A DNA stretch of 51,967 nucleotides, the filler included, from Ionaspis alba (Eukaryota): assembly GCA_964255285.1 (NCBI GenBank). It is 3 parts of 3 records of this genome, joined end to end, with 100 filler letters (N's around TTAATTAATTAA, not from the genome) between each part and the next. Parts side by side here need not be neighbours in the genome. Positions count along the whole stretch, not along the records: positions 34,769 to 51,967 come from CAXUUL010000325.1; 2 more parts are not named here. One strand, written 5' to 3'. The translations under genes were made by a program, and so were the position numbers. This document shows, one piece after another, positions 35,370-49,315 of the stretch; the stretch's first letter is position 1, and each line of letters begins with the position of its first letter. The notes under the pieces were generated by a model, which worked only from the letters and a program-made list of their open reading frames with translations, did no database searches and was not told the origin of the DNA.

Positions 35370-35545
35370 CACTAAATGAAACGCGGACATCGCTCTATCT
35401 CTATCTAATTCTAGACGCAATCTTTCAGAACATGAACTTACTCAACTTTTCTTCTATGCGTAAGGGGCGTGAATCTCGACCTCCACAAATCTGGCGACCA
35501 GCACCTTTATTCAATAGAGCCCTAAGACGACGGGTGTAATCAGCG

Positions 35546-38500
35546 TCAAAGCTTGACCAGCCGCAACAGGAAGGTAGCTTTCTGCACCTCCTGCTCTTCT
35601 TCCGCAATAATGTCCTCGGGTTTTTCTTTGTGTATCACTCCATCGAACGCGGTGACTATGTGCTTGTCTATCGGACGTCGTAAAGCCTTCTCGAATGCCT
35701 TTCCATGCGTCTCGAAGACCTCTTCAATGCTTGTGTTCTCTGGATCTGTCAATACCTTGTATTCCATCTTGACATCGTCCGTAGGGACCAATCTTGCTCT
35801 CTTTCGCAATTGCTGAACCCTGTTGATGATCTCTCGTGCTATGCCTTCCTTCGCTAGGTCACGATAGAGCGTTGCATCTAGGATGACAAGAACGTCGTTG
35901 TCGGTGTTCGTTTCCATAGATTTAGAGGACTCGTCTTCCTTCAATCCTCGTTTTACGATAAGGTCTTCTTCAAGCAGCTCTATCCCATCTACTATCATGC
36001 ATTTGTCTCTGAGGAATTTGCGTACATCGTTGCTCGTCAGATCTGGCAGAGCTTTCTTGACCTTTAGAGCATCTTTTTTCAGCTTCTTCCCGAGCGTAGG
36101 CCAATCAGCCGACACGCTGTACTGAACGTCATACTTCGCCTCATCTGAAGAAAGAACAAGATTGTGGATGTTGAGCTCCTCGCAGATCTCCGTTTCTAGC
36201 GACCGTACGTCGTCAAGGTATACCTTATCGGGGTGGATGACAATCAATGTTTTAAGCGGTTGCTTGAGTCCAATCGCCCTCCGTTCTCGAGAGACACGAC
36301 CAAGTTCTATGATTCGCTGCATTCTTCCCACCCGTCTTTCAACCTCGTCATTGAACAACTCTTCACGGACCTCTGGAAAAGAGAGAAAATGCACACTTCG
36401 TGGGTCTTCTGCTTGAAGGTCCTGAGGTATATGCTTTGCGATGCGCAAATAGATGGTATCGGTGAGGAAAGGAGTAAACGGCGCTAGAGCGCGAGTCAAG
36501 GTGTACAAGACTTCGAACAATGTATTCAGAGCATGCTTTGTATCTTCGATACCGAGTTCCCCTTTGAGTCGTTTCCTGTTAAATCGAATATACCAATTCG
36601 TGGTATTGTCTATCAAGCCGAGAAGCTGTGGAATGACAGTATAGAGTCTGTATGCTGCCATCTCTTCGTTCATGAATCTCAACAAGGTTTGAGTGCTGGC
36701 TAGAATCCATTTGTCCATGACATTCTCGTTCGAAGGTCCAGCTCTTGGATCGAACATGAAGTCAATATTTTCGACCTTCTTCAACAGTAAGACCTGGTCA
36801 CTGAAAAACCTATAGCTGTTCCATAAAGGTAACAGGACCTTCGAAACGATCTCTTTCACACCCGATTCCTTGAAGCGAAGTGGCTCCGCACGAACGACCG
36901 GCGAGTTGATCATGTACAAACGCAAAGCATCTGAGCCGTATTTTTCTAAAAGTAGAGCTGGATTTGGGTAATTCTTGAGTCTCTTTGACATCTTCTTCCC
37001 GTCTTCTGCCAAGACAATGCCGTTAACAACACAATTTTTGAATGGCATCACACCTTTGAGGTGTACACCGAGGACTGTCAGGGTATAGAACCATCCACGA
37101 GTCTGATCAAGCCCCTCTGCAATAAAGTCTCCAGGAAAAGAATCGTCAAACTTGTCCTTGTTCTCGAACGGGTAATGCGATGAGGCGTATGGCATGCTTC
37201 CTGACTCAAACCAGCAATCAAATACCTCCTCAATGCGGTGGAGTTCGCCGTTACCGCGCTTGCTCGGGATCGTGATGTTGTCTATCTTGTCTCGATGAAG
37301 ATCGCTAAGGTCGGCTTGGAAGCCACTCAACTCCCTGAGCTCCGCGATACTACCTACGCAGACAATCTCTGTGAGATCCGCATCCGCCCAAAGTGGGATA
37401 GGCGTTCCCCAGTATCGGTTTCTTGAGATGTTCCAATCTCGAGCATTTGCAATCCAATTCGCAAAACGCTTCTCTTTGACAAACGAAGGCACCCAATGCG
37501 ATTTCTCAATGCTTTCTAGCATTGGCTTGATGATCGGACTGATCTTTACGAACCAAGAGGGGACTGCTCGATAGATGAGAGGCGTGTCAGACCGCGGGCA
37601 GAATGGGTAACTATGAGTGAGCTGACTATCAACGATGAGACGACCAGTGCCTTTCAAGTATTTGATGATTCCCTTGTCAGCCGCCTTGACATGCTGGCCA
37701 GCAAAGTCCCGGACTCTTGCAGTGAAACAGCCCTTTTCGTCGACAGGGTTAGGAGGCAGGCGCTTGTCGCTAATCACTCCTGCCTTCATCGCAATATTGT
37801 AGTCCTCTTCCCCAAACGCTGGAGCCTGGTGGACAATGCCCACACCACTATCTGCAGTCACGTAAGTGCCATTGAAGACTCTGAAACCAACGTCCTTGAA
37901 GTCCTCATAGAAGTAGTCGAACAGTGGTTCGTATCTCCAACCGAGCATGGCGCTACCTCGGATACGTTCCACAACCTTGAACTTCGCCTTCTTAGGATCT
38001 TTGTACAGCGTCTTCATCAGCGACTCTAGTAGTATGTAATTCTTCCCAGACGCCTCGTCCCTGATTTTGACGTACTCAAAATCTGGATGAGCAGCCAAAC
38101 CTGTATGAGAAGGCAAGGTCCATGGCGTGGTAGTCCAAGCGAGCAGGCAGGTCTGAGGGTCGTCCAGCAGAGGAAAGGTGACAACCACGGCTGGGTCTTG
38201 TACATCTTTGTAGTTCTCTGCTGCTTCGAAATTGCTGATGGGGGTATTCAGCGCAGTGGAGAACGGCATTACTCGATAGCCCTGGTAAACAGCATCTTTT
38301 TCGTAAAGCTGTTTGAATACCCACCACACCGATTCCATGAAGGAGGTGTCCATAGTCTATGTGATCATGAGTTAGCTACTATTCATGAACCAGACATCGT
38401 GTTTTCGCATAGCACCTTGTAGTCATGGTCAAAATCAATCCAGCGTCCAAGCCGATCGATTGTCTCCCTCCACTCATTCGCAAATCTCATGACGATAGCG

Positions 38501-38844
38501 CGGCACTCAGCATTGTATTTCTCTATTCCCATCTCCATGACCGCCGCCTTCCCCGAAATGCCCAACTTCTTGTCGATTTCATGCTCAATGGGTAGTCCGT
38601 GTGTATCCCAACCAAAGCGTCTTTCGACGTAGTAGCCTTTCATAGACCAATACCTGGGTATTATGTCCTTTATTGTCGAGGCGAGTAGATGCCCGTAGTG
38701 AGGAAGCCCAGTCGCAAACGGCGGTCCATCGTAGAAGGTGTATGGTTTCCTGCCTTTGGACAACTCGACTTGTCGCTCAAAGGCTTTGATATCCTTCCAC
38801 CGCCGCAATACAGAGACTTCCTCCTTCGCAAAATCAAGAGACAT
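35546..38844 (-). CDS. ILS1: Isoleucyl-tRNA synthetase, cytosolic type (one internal intron at about 38357-38415)
   Basis: FYDGPPFATGLPHYGH (HIGH motif), GWDTHGLPIE, WTTTPWTLP editing domain, DWNISRNRYWGTPIP, EGLDQTRGWF and KMSKR. Confidence 0.98.
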
Positions 38845-39266
38845 ATTTTCGAGAGCGTATGATGCAGGCGTATTTAGAAGCGGAGATACTCGCTTGACTA
38901 TCGTCTTCGGTTACTGTCAGAAAAGGAGGATATTGAAGTACACAGTATTGATTGAACAACAATAACGGCGTGTAGCTGACAACATCTGTACCTTTAGAGA
39001 CTTGAATACGAAGAGCCAGACATGGAACTCACAAAGTACAGGATCGCCGGACCTTGCTGGCCCAACCGCGAGTGAAAGACTTGAGTCACAATTATCCATC
39101 GTTAGGCGTGTAAGATCTCAGCCCTATGTGATCACAGTCTTGGCATGCGTAACTTGATCGAACCCCTGTTCCAGGGTTCCTTTGTCTACTCGGGTACCAT
39201 CATCAACAACTTGAGCATGCTGTCATCCATGCCACACCACATGTATTGAGGCTGAGAGTGTTTGAT

Positions 39267-42200
39267 ATGAGGATGGAAAGGACCAACGATGCCGGCGAAA
39301 GCATTTACGCGCCTCCTATACGGCTCTATGAGCGCCTCGCGTATCTTCCTGGTTATACATGGGACCAGTCTATCCCCCCTCTACACTCCGTACATTCCCT
39401 GGATTTTCTTCTATTAGACAATCGCTAACAGTAATGCACAGAGCTACGACAACTGGCACGTCTACGGAATCAAGCGTCTGAGCTCATCCTCGCAAGGAGG
39501 AGATTCCAGTGCAGCTTCCTATCACTCGAGTCATGGCTCACCGAATCTAAACTCTAAACATTCGCTCAAGCATTTCCAAACGGGTACGACCGATGCAGAG
39601 AGCGAAGCATCAACCTCAAGAGCCGACGACCCCGAACGGACTTACATACCCGTGTTTGCTCGTGTCTCAACCCACATATTACGCCTGGAAAGGGAATTCC
39701 AGTTGTGCAGGTCCCTGATTCAGACGTCTGATCCCGAATGTATCCACACAGTTCGCCCACTAGAGTTTATGAAGCTCCCTGGACAACAAGACGATGATCG
39801 GCCGATCGTGGTATCAATATTCGAGTCTCCGGGTCCGAATGCGCTCCGGCACTTGGTAGACTTTGGGCCTGCATTCTGGAATTCCAGCTTGGATCAATCC
39901 AGTCCGCCACTTGATCCGATAAGACCTTCTCGTGATCCCATCCCTATATCGGTTTTTTTAGATTTTGCTATTGGCGCATGTGAGTGCCTCGAATTACTTC
40001 ATCATGGACTAAGAGTCGTTCATGGAGAGCTCCGTGGAGATGCGTTCCACTTTGTCTCCGAAACGGGTTCGGTAAAGCTCATGAACTTTGGGTCTGGGCC
40101 ACGATCTTTCGAGAATGGCCTGACAAGCGCTGGTTGGTCCACTTTGAGCAAGGAGCAAGGTTTGAAAAACAAACTTCAATTCATAGCTCCGGAGCAGACT
40201 GGACGAATGCCCGCCGAACCGGACAGCAGAACAGATATCTACAGTCTTGGAATACTGTTCTATACTATCCTGACACAGGCCCCCGCTGTGGATGGGGTTA
40301 CGCCACTAGACATCATTCAAAGTGTACTCGGCCGGAAGATCCCCCCAGTTTCATCAAAGCGTATAGACGTACCGGACGCTGTGTCAAACATCATTCTCAA
40401 AATGACACAGAAACAGATAGATCAAAGATATCATTCCACAAGCGGGCTCAAGCACGATCTCGCCGAGGTGCAGAGAATGCTTGGAGATGGCGATGAAGAC
40501 GCTTTAAGAGGGTTTCGAATTGGCACCAAAGATGTCTCTTCATTCTTCATCCTTCCCACTGCAATATTTGGACGGGAAGGCGAACATGAGAGAATCGTCA
40601 AGGTCATTGATAAAATGTCTCGTCGACAGATTTCCGGCAAACAATATGGCCACAACTCGCTCAGTTCCCAAAATTGGAGCTCTACAACCTCCACCTCCAA
40701 TAGTCGCCCAGATCAATTGGAAAATGCCGATACCGTCTCAAGCGAGACGAGTTCGCAGCGAGTTAGACCTGGCGGAAGCGAGCACGGGACTCCTGCGGCT
40801 GGACCGACATTTATGGCCAATGCTTTGCACATTCAACACGAGTCCGAGCAAAGCATAGAGACCACATTTACTCTTATTAGTAATGATACAGCGGACAAAA
40901 GATCGGGGGACAATCTCATGGATGGCACCGCAAGGAATAGTTCGAGTACAGCGGGGAGTAATGCGGTACTCCCTAGACAACGCGAGAGCCACAAAGCCCA
41001 GCGTAGAGGACGCACGGAGGTTATTGTAATACTCGGAGCCGCAGGATTAGGCAAGTCCAGTCTGATTCAGAGCGTCCAAACAGAATTCCGCCGACGCGGC
41101 TATTTTGCTAGTGCTAAGTTTGATAACGTACGTTTTGTCGTTCTCCAGAAATGTGGGTATCTAACTCACAGTCCATTCTAGGCGCGAAAGGCTCCTTTTG
41201 AACCCTTGCTTCGACTCATGAGCTCTCTATTCCGCCAGATCTTTTCCGAAGCAACCCTTACCGGATATCACACCATGATACGCACGAATCTGAGGTCGAT
41301 CTGGCCTTTGCTATGTGAAATGCTAGACCTTCCCAGTACCTTAATCTATGGCGGTCTCCAGAATCCGGCGAAACACAACAAGTCTATCCTTGCTGAAATG
41401 CACGACGCCTCAAGCACGCGCAGTTCGAACTCGGGTCAAACTTTCTCTTCTAATGTGATAAGAGGGGCTGGCACCTCGCAATCTTTGAGATTCATGAATA
41501 CTTTCTTAGAAGTCCTAAGGGTATTGACGATTGGGAAACTAATCTGTTTATGCTTGGACGATCTGCAATTTGCCGACGAGGAGAGCTTAGAGCTGATTTC
41601 AAGCATTATAAGCGGCAGACTACAAGTTGTCTTAATGGTAAGTCAGGTTCCACGTCATACCTAAGAGTCAGGGGATGTCGCGGAATTCTGTTGTATCTTC
41701 ATCATTTTGACCTTGTGTTTTGATGCACTCCCTTACCAGTCTCGATTCAATGCCGCTTCAGAGGTTGATCATTTCTTCCTTCGCACATCAAGCTTGCAAT
41801 TCTTTTCAAGAATCGCGTGCTAAATTTCAACTAGACGAGCTGTCGAAGCGAAGAAAAACTTCCTGGAAAGATAAGGGCCATGCTACAGGCCAAAGACGCG
41901 AGTGTCACGAGATTGCCACTCTCTCCGCTCTTGGAGAGTGACGTTATAGCATATATTGCCTCTACTCTATATCAATCTCAAGAATATGTCTTTCCCCTTG
42001 CTGTCGTGGCATTCGAGAAGACGAGGGGCAATCCTTTCATGCTAAGACAGTTTTTGGAAACGTGTCATCGAAAGGCGTGCATCTACTTCAGGTAAAATCT
42101 ACCAGGCTCTGTCCTGCCTCTCGATGATCCATTGTCTGGAAGCTTGCATAACCCATCGAAGAAAGGTTTACTTGGTCACGAGATATTGACGGTGCTGATC

Positions 42201-45200
42201 TCTTGTTGTAGTTACAAACTTTCGAGCTGGCACTTCGATTTGGATCGAGTGTTTGCAGAATTCGAATCCGAGTCCTATGGTCACCAACTGAATACCGATT
42301 TCATTACGAGACGATTGAAAGATCAATTGCCAGCAGCATCCCGGTCCATACTAGCCTGGGGATCGTTGATAGGGAACAGCTTCTCATTCAGTTTGGTTCA
42401 AAGGTCACTGCGCCTGTGCTATACTAATACGTGAATAACTTATTTCTGCTGCTTGAAGCTGACCAATCTCGTTTCATAGGCTGCTCAGTGGCGAATTTGA
42501 CTTCTCCGAAGACAATCAGGGCAGAGAGCGGCCCGCTCGTGAAAATCTGGCCGATCTCTTCATGAGTCAAGCGCAGGAAACTGCCGTGGAGGGTCTTCAA
42601 GCTTGTCTCCAGGCGAATATTCTGGTACCTTCGGAGGACGATGACCATTTCAGGTTAACTCACAAACACTCGGCACTCAAAGATTCATCAATGCTAATGG
42701 CTCAATAGCTTCGGACACGAACGGTACCAGCAGGCTGCTCACGGCCTCCGGGAATGTCACAACGTTAAAAAGATGCATTTTGTTATAGCTCAAACGATGA
42801 TGAAGTACGCAGGGGACACTGACATTTACGCTAAGGCTTCGCACATTTGTGAGTCAGTTGACCTCATATGTGATCGGATACTGCACCGAAACGCCTTTAG
42901 AGAGGTTCTATGCGAGGCCGCTACCAAGGCAACAGCGTCTGGAGCGCGTCCCACAGCCCTACTATATTACACGGCTTGTGTAAAGTTAATGCAATCAGAT
43001 CCTTGGAAGGAGGGTGCTCGCGACGTTTATTACGAGGAGACACTGGACGTCTATACTAAGGTTGCCGAATTGTATTGGTATCAAGGTCAAGCATCTGAGG
43101 CACTCCGCGCGTTATCGGCCACCTTCCTTCATGCCCGCACTGCGCCCGACAAGGCTCCTTCATGGATAATCCAATCTCGTTTGTTTGCTCAGAATGGCGA
43201 CCCTGTATCATCCTTCAATGCTCTCAAGACTAGTCTCAATGAGCTTGGGTTAGATTTCGAGAAGCAAACAACTTGGGCGAATTGCGACGAGGAATACAGA
43301 AAGCTTCACGAGGAGCTGGAGACTGTCGGCATGACCGATCTCGTTGAGAAGCCTTTAAGCACAGACCCTAGCAAGATCGCCATGGGTGCAGTACTGATCG
43401 AAGCTTTAAGTGCTGCTTTTTGGAGCGACACATTACTTTTTTACCAACTGGCTGTGAAGATGATTGAAGTACATATTCATCAGGAAACGTTCCTTCAAAG
43501 CGGTCTTGGGTGCTGCTATCTCAGCATGGCGGGAATCAGCAGGTTCTCAGACATCGGTTTTGGCCTCAAAATGTACGACACGGGCATCAAACTACTGCGT
43601 CGATTCGAAGATCCTTACACTATGGGTCGTGGCCTTGTTCTATCCAGCATGTTTATTACCCATCTACTGAATCCAATTCGAAATGATCTCTCAACCTTAG
43701 AAGAGGCGATTGACTACACTTTAATATCGGGAGACAAGATCGTTTTCTTGATAGCGGTGGGTATGCTGGCCGCTTCCAGATTATCCCTAGGGTTTGACAT
43801 GTGCGACATCGAGTCCTTCTGCACATATGCTCCCGAAGACTTTGGAGACTGGTCGTCAGATCTTCGAGGAGGGGTCATTTTAATAGCCATCCGGCAAGTG
43901 TCACGAGCACTCCAAGGCAAGACATGGACTGCTGCAGCCGAAACCGTGATGAACGACGAGGATCACAATTCGCTGCGGTACTTGCAGTTCATTGGCTCCC
44001 GTGCTTCTAGTACCGAACGTCCACGAGACCTTTACAGGAGCTGGAACATGATGCCGCTCTACCTGTTTGGCCATTACGAAGCAGCTATCAAACTTGGAGA
44101 AGATCTGCTTCCGATGGATTTCTTGTGGTCGTTGCGCAATAAACCCTTGACAACCTTCTATCTTGCCTTATCAATGCTCGGTCAATTGCGGCTGGATTCA
44201 TCCGATGGAGACTCGGAGCGCCAGGCAAAGGTGGTTTCGAAAGCGCTCCAATACAAGGAGAGTATCGAATTGTGGCAGACGGAATGCAATGTCAACTATT
44301 TGATGTGGACATTGTTGATCGAAGCCGAGGCACGAGAGTTACTGGGAGACTATCACAGCTCAATACAAGCCTACGAAGCTGCCATTGACCATTGTCAGGT
44401 GCACGAGTTTGCACTGGAAGAGGCTCTAGCATACGAGCTGCAAGGCGAATTCTATATCCGCCGGGGTGCTACTCGTGCAGCTCGCTTCACAATGAACGAG
44501 GCCATTGCAGCTTATGCGCGAATAAGTGCAAGCGGAAAGGTCAATCAGCTCTCCTCAAAGCACGAATGGGTACTCAAGAATGCCACCAGTACAAGAAATA
44601 AAGTTTCGAGAGCCATACAGACAGCAGTTTCGATCGGAGATATTGGCAACACTTCTTTCCGGATCGAGGAAAACGAGCGACAGGAAGTTCGAAACTTGGG
44701 AGACGAGTCTGCAGATGATAGGACCGAAGCCTGGCTCAACCCGCGAACAGATTCTGGCGTTCTCGATATATCACGCCTTGGCCTAGATGTCGTGGACTTA
44801 CAATCCATACTCGAATTCAACCAAGCCATATCTTCCGAGCTACAGCTCGATCGCCTGCTTGCAAAAATGACAGAGATAATTCTCGAAACCGCTGCCGCCA
44901 ACTTTGCGGGGGTTATCATAGAGTCGAAAGAGGGAGGGCAGACGCCGTCTTGGTCGTTTGCAGCGTCGGGAACTCAAGATAGCGTCAACTCAGATGCTAC
45001 GCCGTTGACGGACGTCGAAGACGAGACTGCGAAGCAAGTCATCTTCTATACCTTACGATTTAAGGAGTCAGTGTTTGTCCAAAACGTGATGCAAGACGAG
45101 CGCTTTTCACCAAATGCTACATCTCTCAAGTCAGTCATTGCACTGCCGATCGTACACGCAGAGCACACAATTGGCGTCCTCTACCTCGAAGGACAAGCTC

Positions 45201-46939
45201 ATGCGTTCACACCCCGCATTCTCGGTGTCCTCCAGCTTCTCCGTGACCAAGTTGCGATTAGTATTACTAATGCTCTACTGTTCAGAAAGATACAAAAAAT
45301 ATCTGCCGCACACACGAGTATGATAGAATCACAGAAGCGTGCCTTGAAGGCTGCTCGCACTGCTGAAGACAAGGCTCGAGTTGCGGAATTGGAAGCTTTG
45401 AGAAATCTGAAGCTTAAAGAAGAGGCTGCGAAAGCAAAGTCTATGTTCTTGGCGAATGTTTCACATGAGCTACGTACACCTCTCAACGGCGTGATTGGAA
45501 TGTCGGAACTGCTGAAAGGCACAACGTTGAGTGAGGAACAAGAAGGTTACGCAGATTCGATTCGGGTATGTGCAGATGCCCTACTGACTGTTATCAACGA
45601 CATCTTGGACTTCTCAAAGCTGGAGGCGGGTAAGATGAAGCTGTTTAGCGTTCCTTTGAACCTACACGAGACAATTACCGAAGTGGTTCGAGCTCTGTCA
45701 TACACAAATCTCCAAAGAGGACTTGAGACCGTGGAAGAATTAGACGTCGACAAAGGTCTATTGGTGCTCGGGGATCCCGTTCGACTTCACCAGATTCTGA
45801 TGAATTTGCTATCGAACGCTTACAAGTTCACGGCCAAGGGCAAAGTTACAGTACGCACCAAAACAGAACAAGAAGACGACCAAAGCATCCGTGTCACAAT
45901 CTCGGTCAGCGATACAGGCATTGGCATCACCCAGGAACAGCTCTCTCGTCTCTTTAAACCGTTCTCCCAGGCAGACAGCAGCACTCAACGCTCCTATGGC
46001 GGTAGTGGTCTCGGTCTGAGCATCTGCAAAGCTCTCATTGGCGTACTCAACGGCAGAATCTGGCTAGAGTCCCAACTCGGCATTGGCACTACCGTCTCCT
46101 TCACCGTCCCCTTCGCAAAAGTCACGGGCCAGAGCACACCTATGAGCGCAAAACTGCCTACCAAAGGCTCCGATCCCATGGCCACCTGGTCATCAGACGG
46201 TGACCAAGTTCTATCGCAGCCTCTCAACGGCGCTTTTGTCGACCTCTCGCGAATTCCTCGGGACCAGCTTAGGGTTTGTATTGCGGAGGACAACCCTATC
46301 AATCAGAAGATTGCCACATCCTTCGTCACGAGGCTGGGCTTCGAATGCCAAGCTTTCAACGACGGCCTCCAAGCCGTCGAAGCTTTGCGCCAAAAGTCCC
46401 AGGAGGGTCTCCCTTACCACCTCGTGCTCATGGACTGCCAAATGCCTGTCCTTGACGGATACGATGCTACGCGTTTGATCCGGAAGGATCCCGACCCTGC
46501 AGTTAGGAGTGTGCTCATCATTGCGATGACGGCTTCCGCCATTCGAGGCGACCGTGAAAAGTGTCTGGAAGCGGGCATGAATAACTACCTGGCGAAGCCC
46601 GTGAGAGCTGCTGTTCTGAAATCGATGTTGGAGGATTATTTGAACCAGGAGAGAAAAGAGATCCCGGACTTACAGGCCAAAGCCAATGTGCTTGCCGAGA
46701 AGGTAATCAAGGATGTTATGGACAGTGGGGCTGTGAAGGATTTGAAGGAAGAGGGAACGCAGAACGGGATTCACTCGTCCAACAAGACCGCGCTATTCTC
46801 GATGCCTGCTGGAAGGAGGAAATCGAGAGGTAAAAGTATCTCAGGGATTGATTCTCGGGAGCAGCCGAAGGAGGAGCAGCAGGATGGCACCAATCGTAGC
46901 GCTTTGGATAATGTGGATGGTGGAAGGAGGAAGACGTGA
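39267..46939 (+). CDS. Group X hybrid histidine kinase (kinase-like + ATPase + GAF + HisKA + HATPase + receiver; Chk1/Mak2-3/PhkA type), multi-exon
   Basis: Kinase-like domain (HGELRGDAF, FIAPEQTGR, DIYSLG), Walker A GAAGLGKS, Walker B-like LCLDDLQFAD, GAF, H-box ANVSHELRTPLNG, N/G boxes NLLSNAYKFT, DTGIG and GGSGLGL, and receiver AEDNPIN...LMDCQMP...AKP. Confidence 0.93.
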
Positions 46940-47692
46940 ATACGACATTAAGAGACGAACAGACGAGGATATTTGTACACTTCGTACACTACCGCGACGA
47001 TGCATATGAATTTCGAATCGGCATAAGCGACAGGCGCATCGTACATAAGGGGGTTTAGCGTTCACGTTTGGGGCATATACGGATGGGATGTGGCGATGGC
47101 GCTTGGGTGGTTCCGTTCATGTTTCCTCATGAGTAGGCGGGTGGTTTGGGTACATGGCATCTGGGTAAACAGCACCAAGGATGAGGGACCTGTCATGTAG
47201 ATTGATTTTGCGTGAGCCTTAGTGGCGTTGATCAAATCAATGCCATATTTATTAATTCTTGCGTGGGTAGTGAATATCAATCTCGCAGTGCCTTCTGCTT
47301 GCTGATTCTGCAACACCCAGTTCTAATATCGTGTTCTCGCATTAGTCGTTTTCCTGTTACAGTTGAATGCGGACTAGCCCATCGTGTGTCACGAAAGAAG
47401 GCTTCCTTGTTGGAACCGCCACGTCCCTGTGGTCTCTGCCGTTTATCTCCTTGGAGACCCCGAGCCCCAGGAACCGCTTTGCAGTGGGTGTTAAGAGGCT
47501 GATGACCTTGACATTTGAGCTTCTCGGGATATAGCCACGTAGTCTCGACGCTTTAGTAACCGTGACGCCCTGCTGGGCCGTCCGCACTGCCAGCTTTTCA
47601 TCCTAATCCCGTGGAGCCATGTGTCCTTGGGCTCTTCATCAGAGTTCAGACACTCTGGGGACTGCCGATCTCAAATTTCACCCTAGGCTCGT

Positions 47693-48871
47693 TCATCTCC
47701 CTTTCTCCTCCACAAAGTTCCCTGCCTTAGACCCCACCATAGCAGTATCCACACCCGCCCATCCTCTGACCGCCCTCTGCACTCCCACCGGCAGCAAACC
47801 TAGCAGCTCAATCCAGCTCGCATAAGATGGGACACTCACCCTCCCACCACGTCCCTCATCCACCATCTTTACCAACTTCATCGCCAGTTCCTGGACTTCA
47901 ACGACTGGCCCAACGAAACGCTGTAACCAGCCTTGCCGCACTTCTCCAAACAGATCGGTCGAGAGTTGTCCTGGAACTGCGAGTATCGTTTTGATGTTTG
48001 GGTAGGGAGTGAGTTCCGCGGTTAGGGAAGAGTGGTAGGCAAGGAGCGCTGCTTTAGAAGCGGTATAGGCAGAGAGATTGGCAGCGCCGAGGTGGCCGAG
48101 GACGGACGAGATGGTTATCAGGGTGCCGCCGGTGGGGTGCGTAAGTATTGGAGGGAGGAAAAGCGAGCTCGTGTGGTAGTGGGAAAGGACGTTCGTATCG
48201 AAGGTCCTGAAGAAACATTTAGCGAGTTCGTTAGCGGTAAGAATCAGAAAAAGGTTAAAGGTTACTTTGAAATCTCGTCCGGAGTAAGAACAAAGACAGG
48301 TTTGTTGTGCATTACCGCTGCGTTATTGAAGAGGATTGTAGGGAGGCCGAGCTGTATCAAATTAGGATTTGGATTGTCGCATTGGCATATTGAACAGATT
48401 CCGTACCTCCTTCTCCACCTCCCCCCATACCCTCTTTACAGCTCCTGCATTGCCAACATCACACTTCCAATAGCTCACTCCTTCGATGGCCGCTTGTTCT
48501 CCAACTTGGTCCACATCCAAAACCGCCACACTCGCTCCCCTCAAAGCATAGATCTCCGCCAAACACCTGCCCAAGCCTTTCGCCCCGCCCGTAATCACAA
48601 CCACCTCTTGCTCCCAATCTACCTTTCTAGGCTTGCCATAAGCTATGCGCTGATTGATCGGGCCTAGGATGTGGCAGACGCAGATGAAGATGGCCCAGTA
48701 GACTGTATTGCGGAAGGCGGGGGCCGAGTAGGGAATTTCAGCTGCGCGCAAGCAGAGCGGGAGAAGGGATGCGACAAACGGATGGAAGACTGAGTTCTTG
48801 AGAATAGTTAGGAAGAGGTCGAGATTGAGGGAGGCGTGCCATGGCGTGCCCGGAGGACGGGAGGCGGGCAT
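47693..48871 (-). CDS. Short-chain dehydrogenase/reductase with hydrophobic N-terminus (3 exons)
   Basis: VVVITGGAKGLG cofactor motif, KCDV, FNNAA, and catalytic ISSVLG...YTASK. Confidence 0.9.
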
Positions 48872-49315
48872 TGTGAAGTCCGATCGGAAGGGTGAATGTG
48901 TAGGTCGCAAGAACGGAATGTATGTTATGGGCTACTGTCAGAGGGACGGCGCGTAGTGCTGGTCTTTAATGTGGAAGGGCATGAATTTCAATTGCATTGA
49001 GGGTTTCATCCTTCACTTAGGGCTGACACAAACTGGCATGGTTAATGGCTGCATTGCAACATACCCTTCTAGACTTCGAGCTGTCAAAACCTAACTAGAT
49101 CAACATGAACACGTTTTTTAGGCAATCTCTTGAATTGATTATTGAGAGATAGTCCATAAGAGCATTGACCTCCTAACGTTCCGGCAGTGTCCACATATTA
49201 TCCCCGAATGCAGTGACTATTGCTCCACCTTCCAAACACCATTCGCTCATGATCATGAGATTGAAACAGATCCAATGCAGGACCAATGTCTACCTATCCA
49301 ACATGGCTCAACTGT

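Noticed and set aside
41638..41834. Longer intron in the histidine kinase as a snoRNA host
   Set aside because: No convincing C (RTGATGA) and D (CTGA) box pair with a terminal stem, and no H/ACA structure seen.
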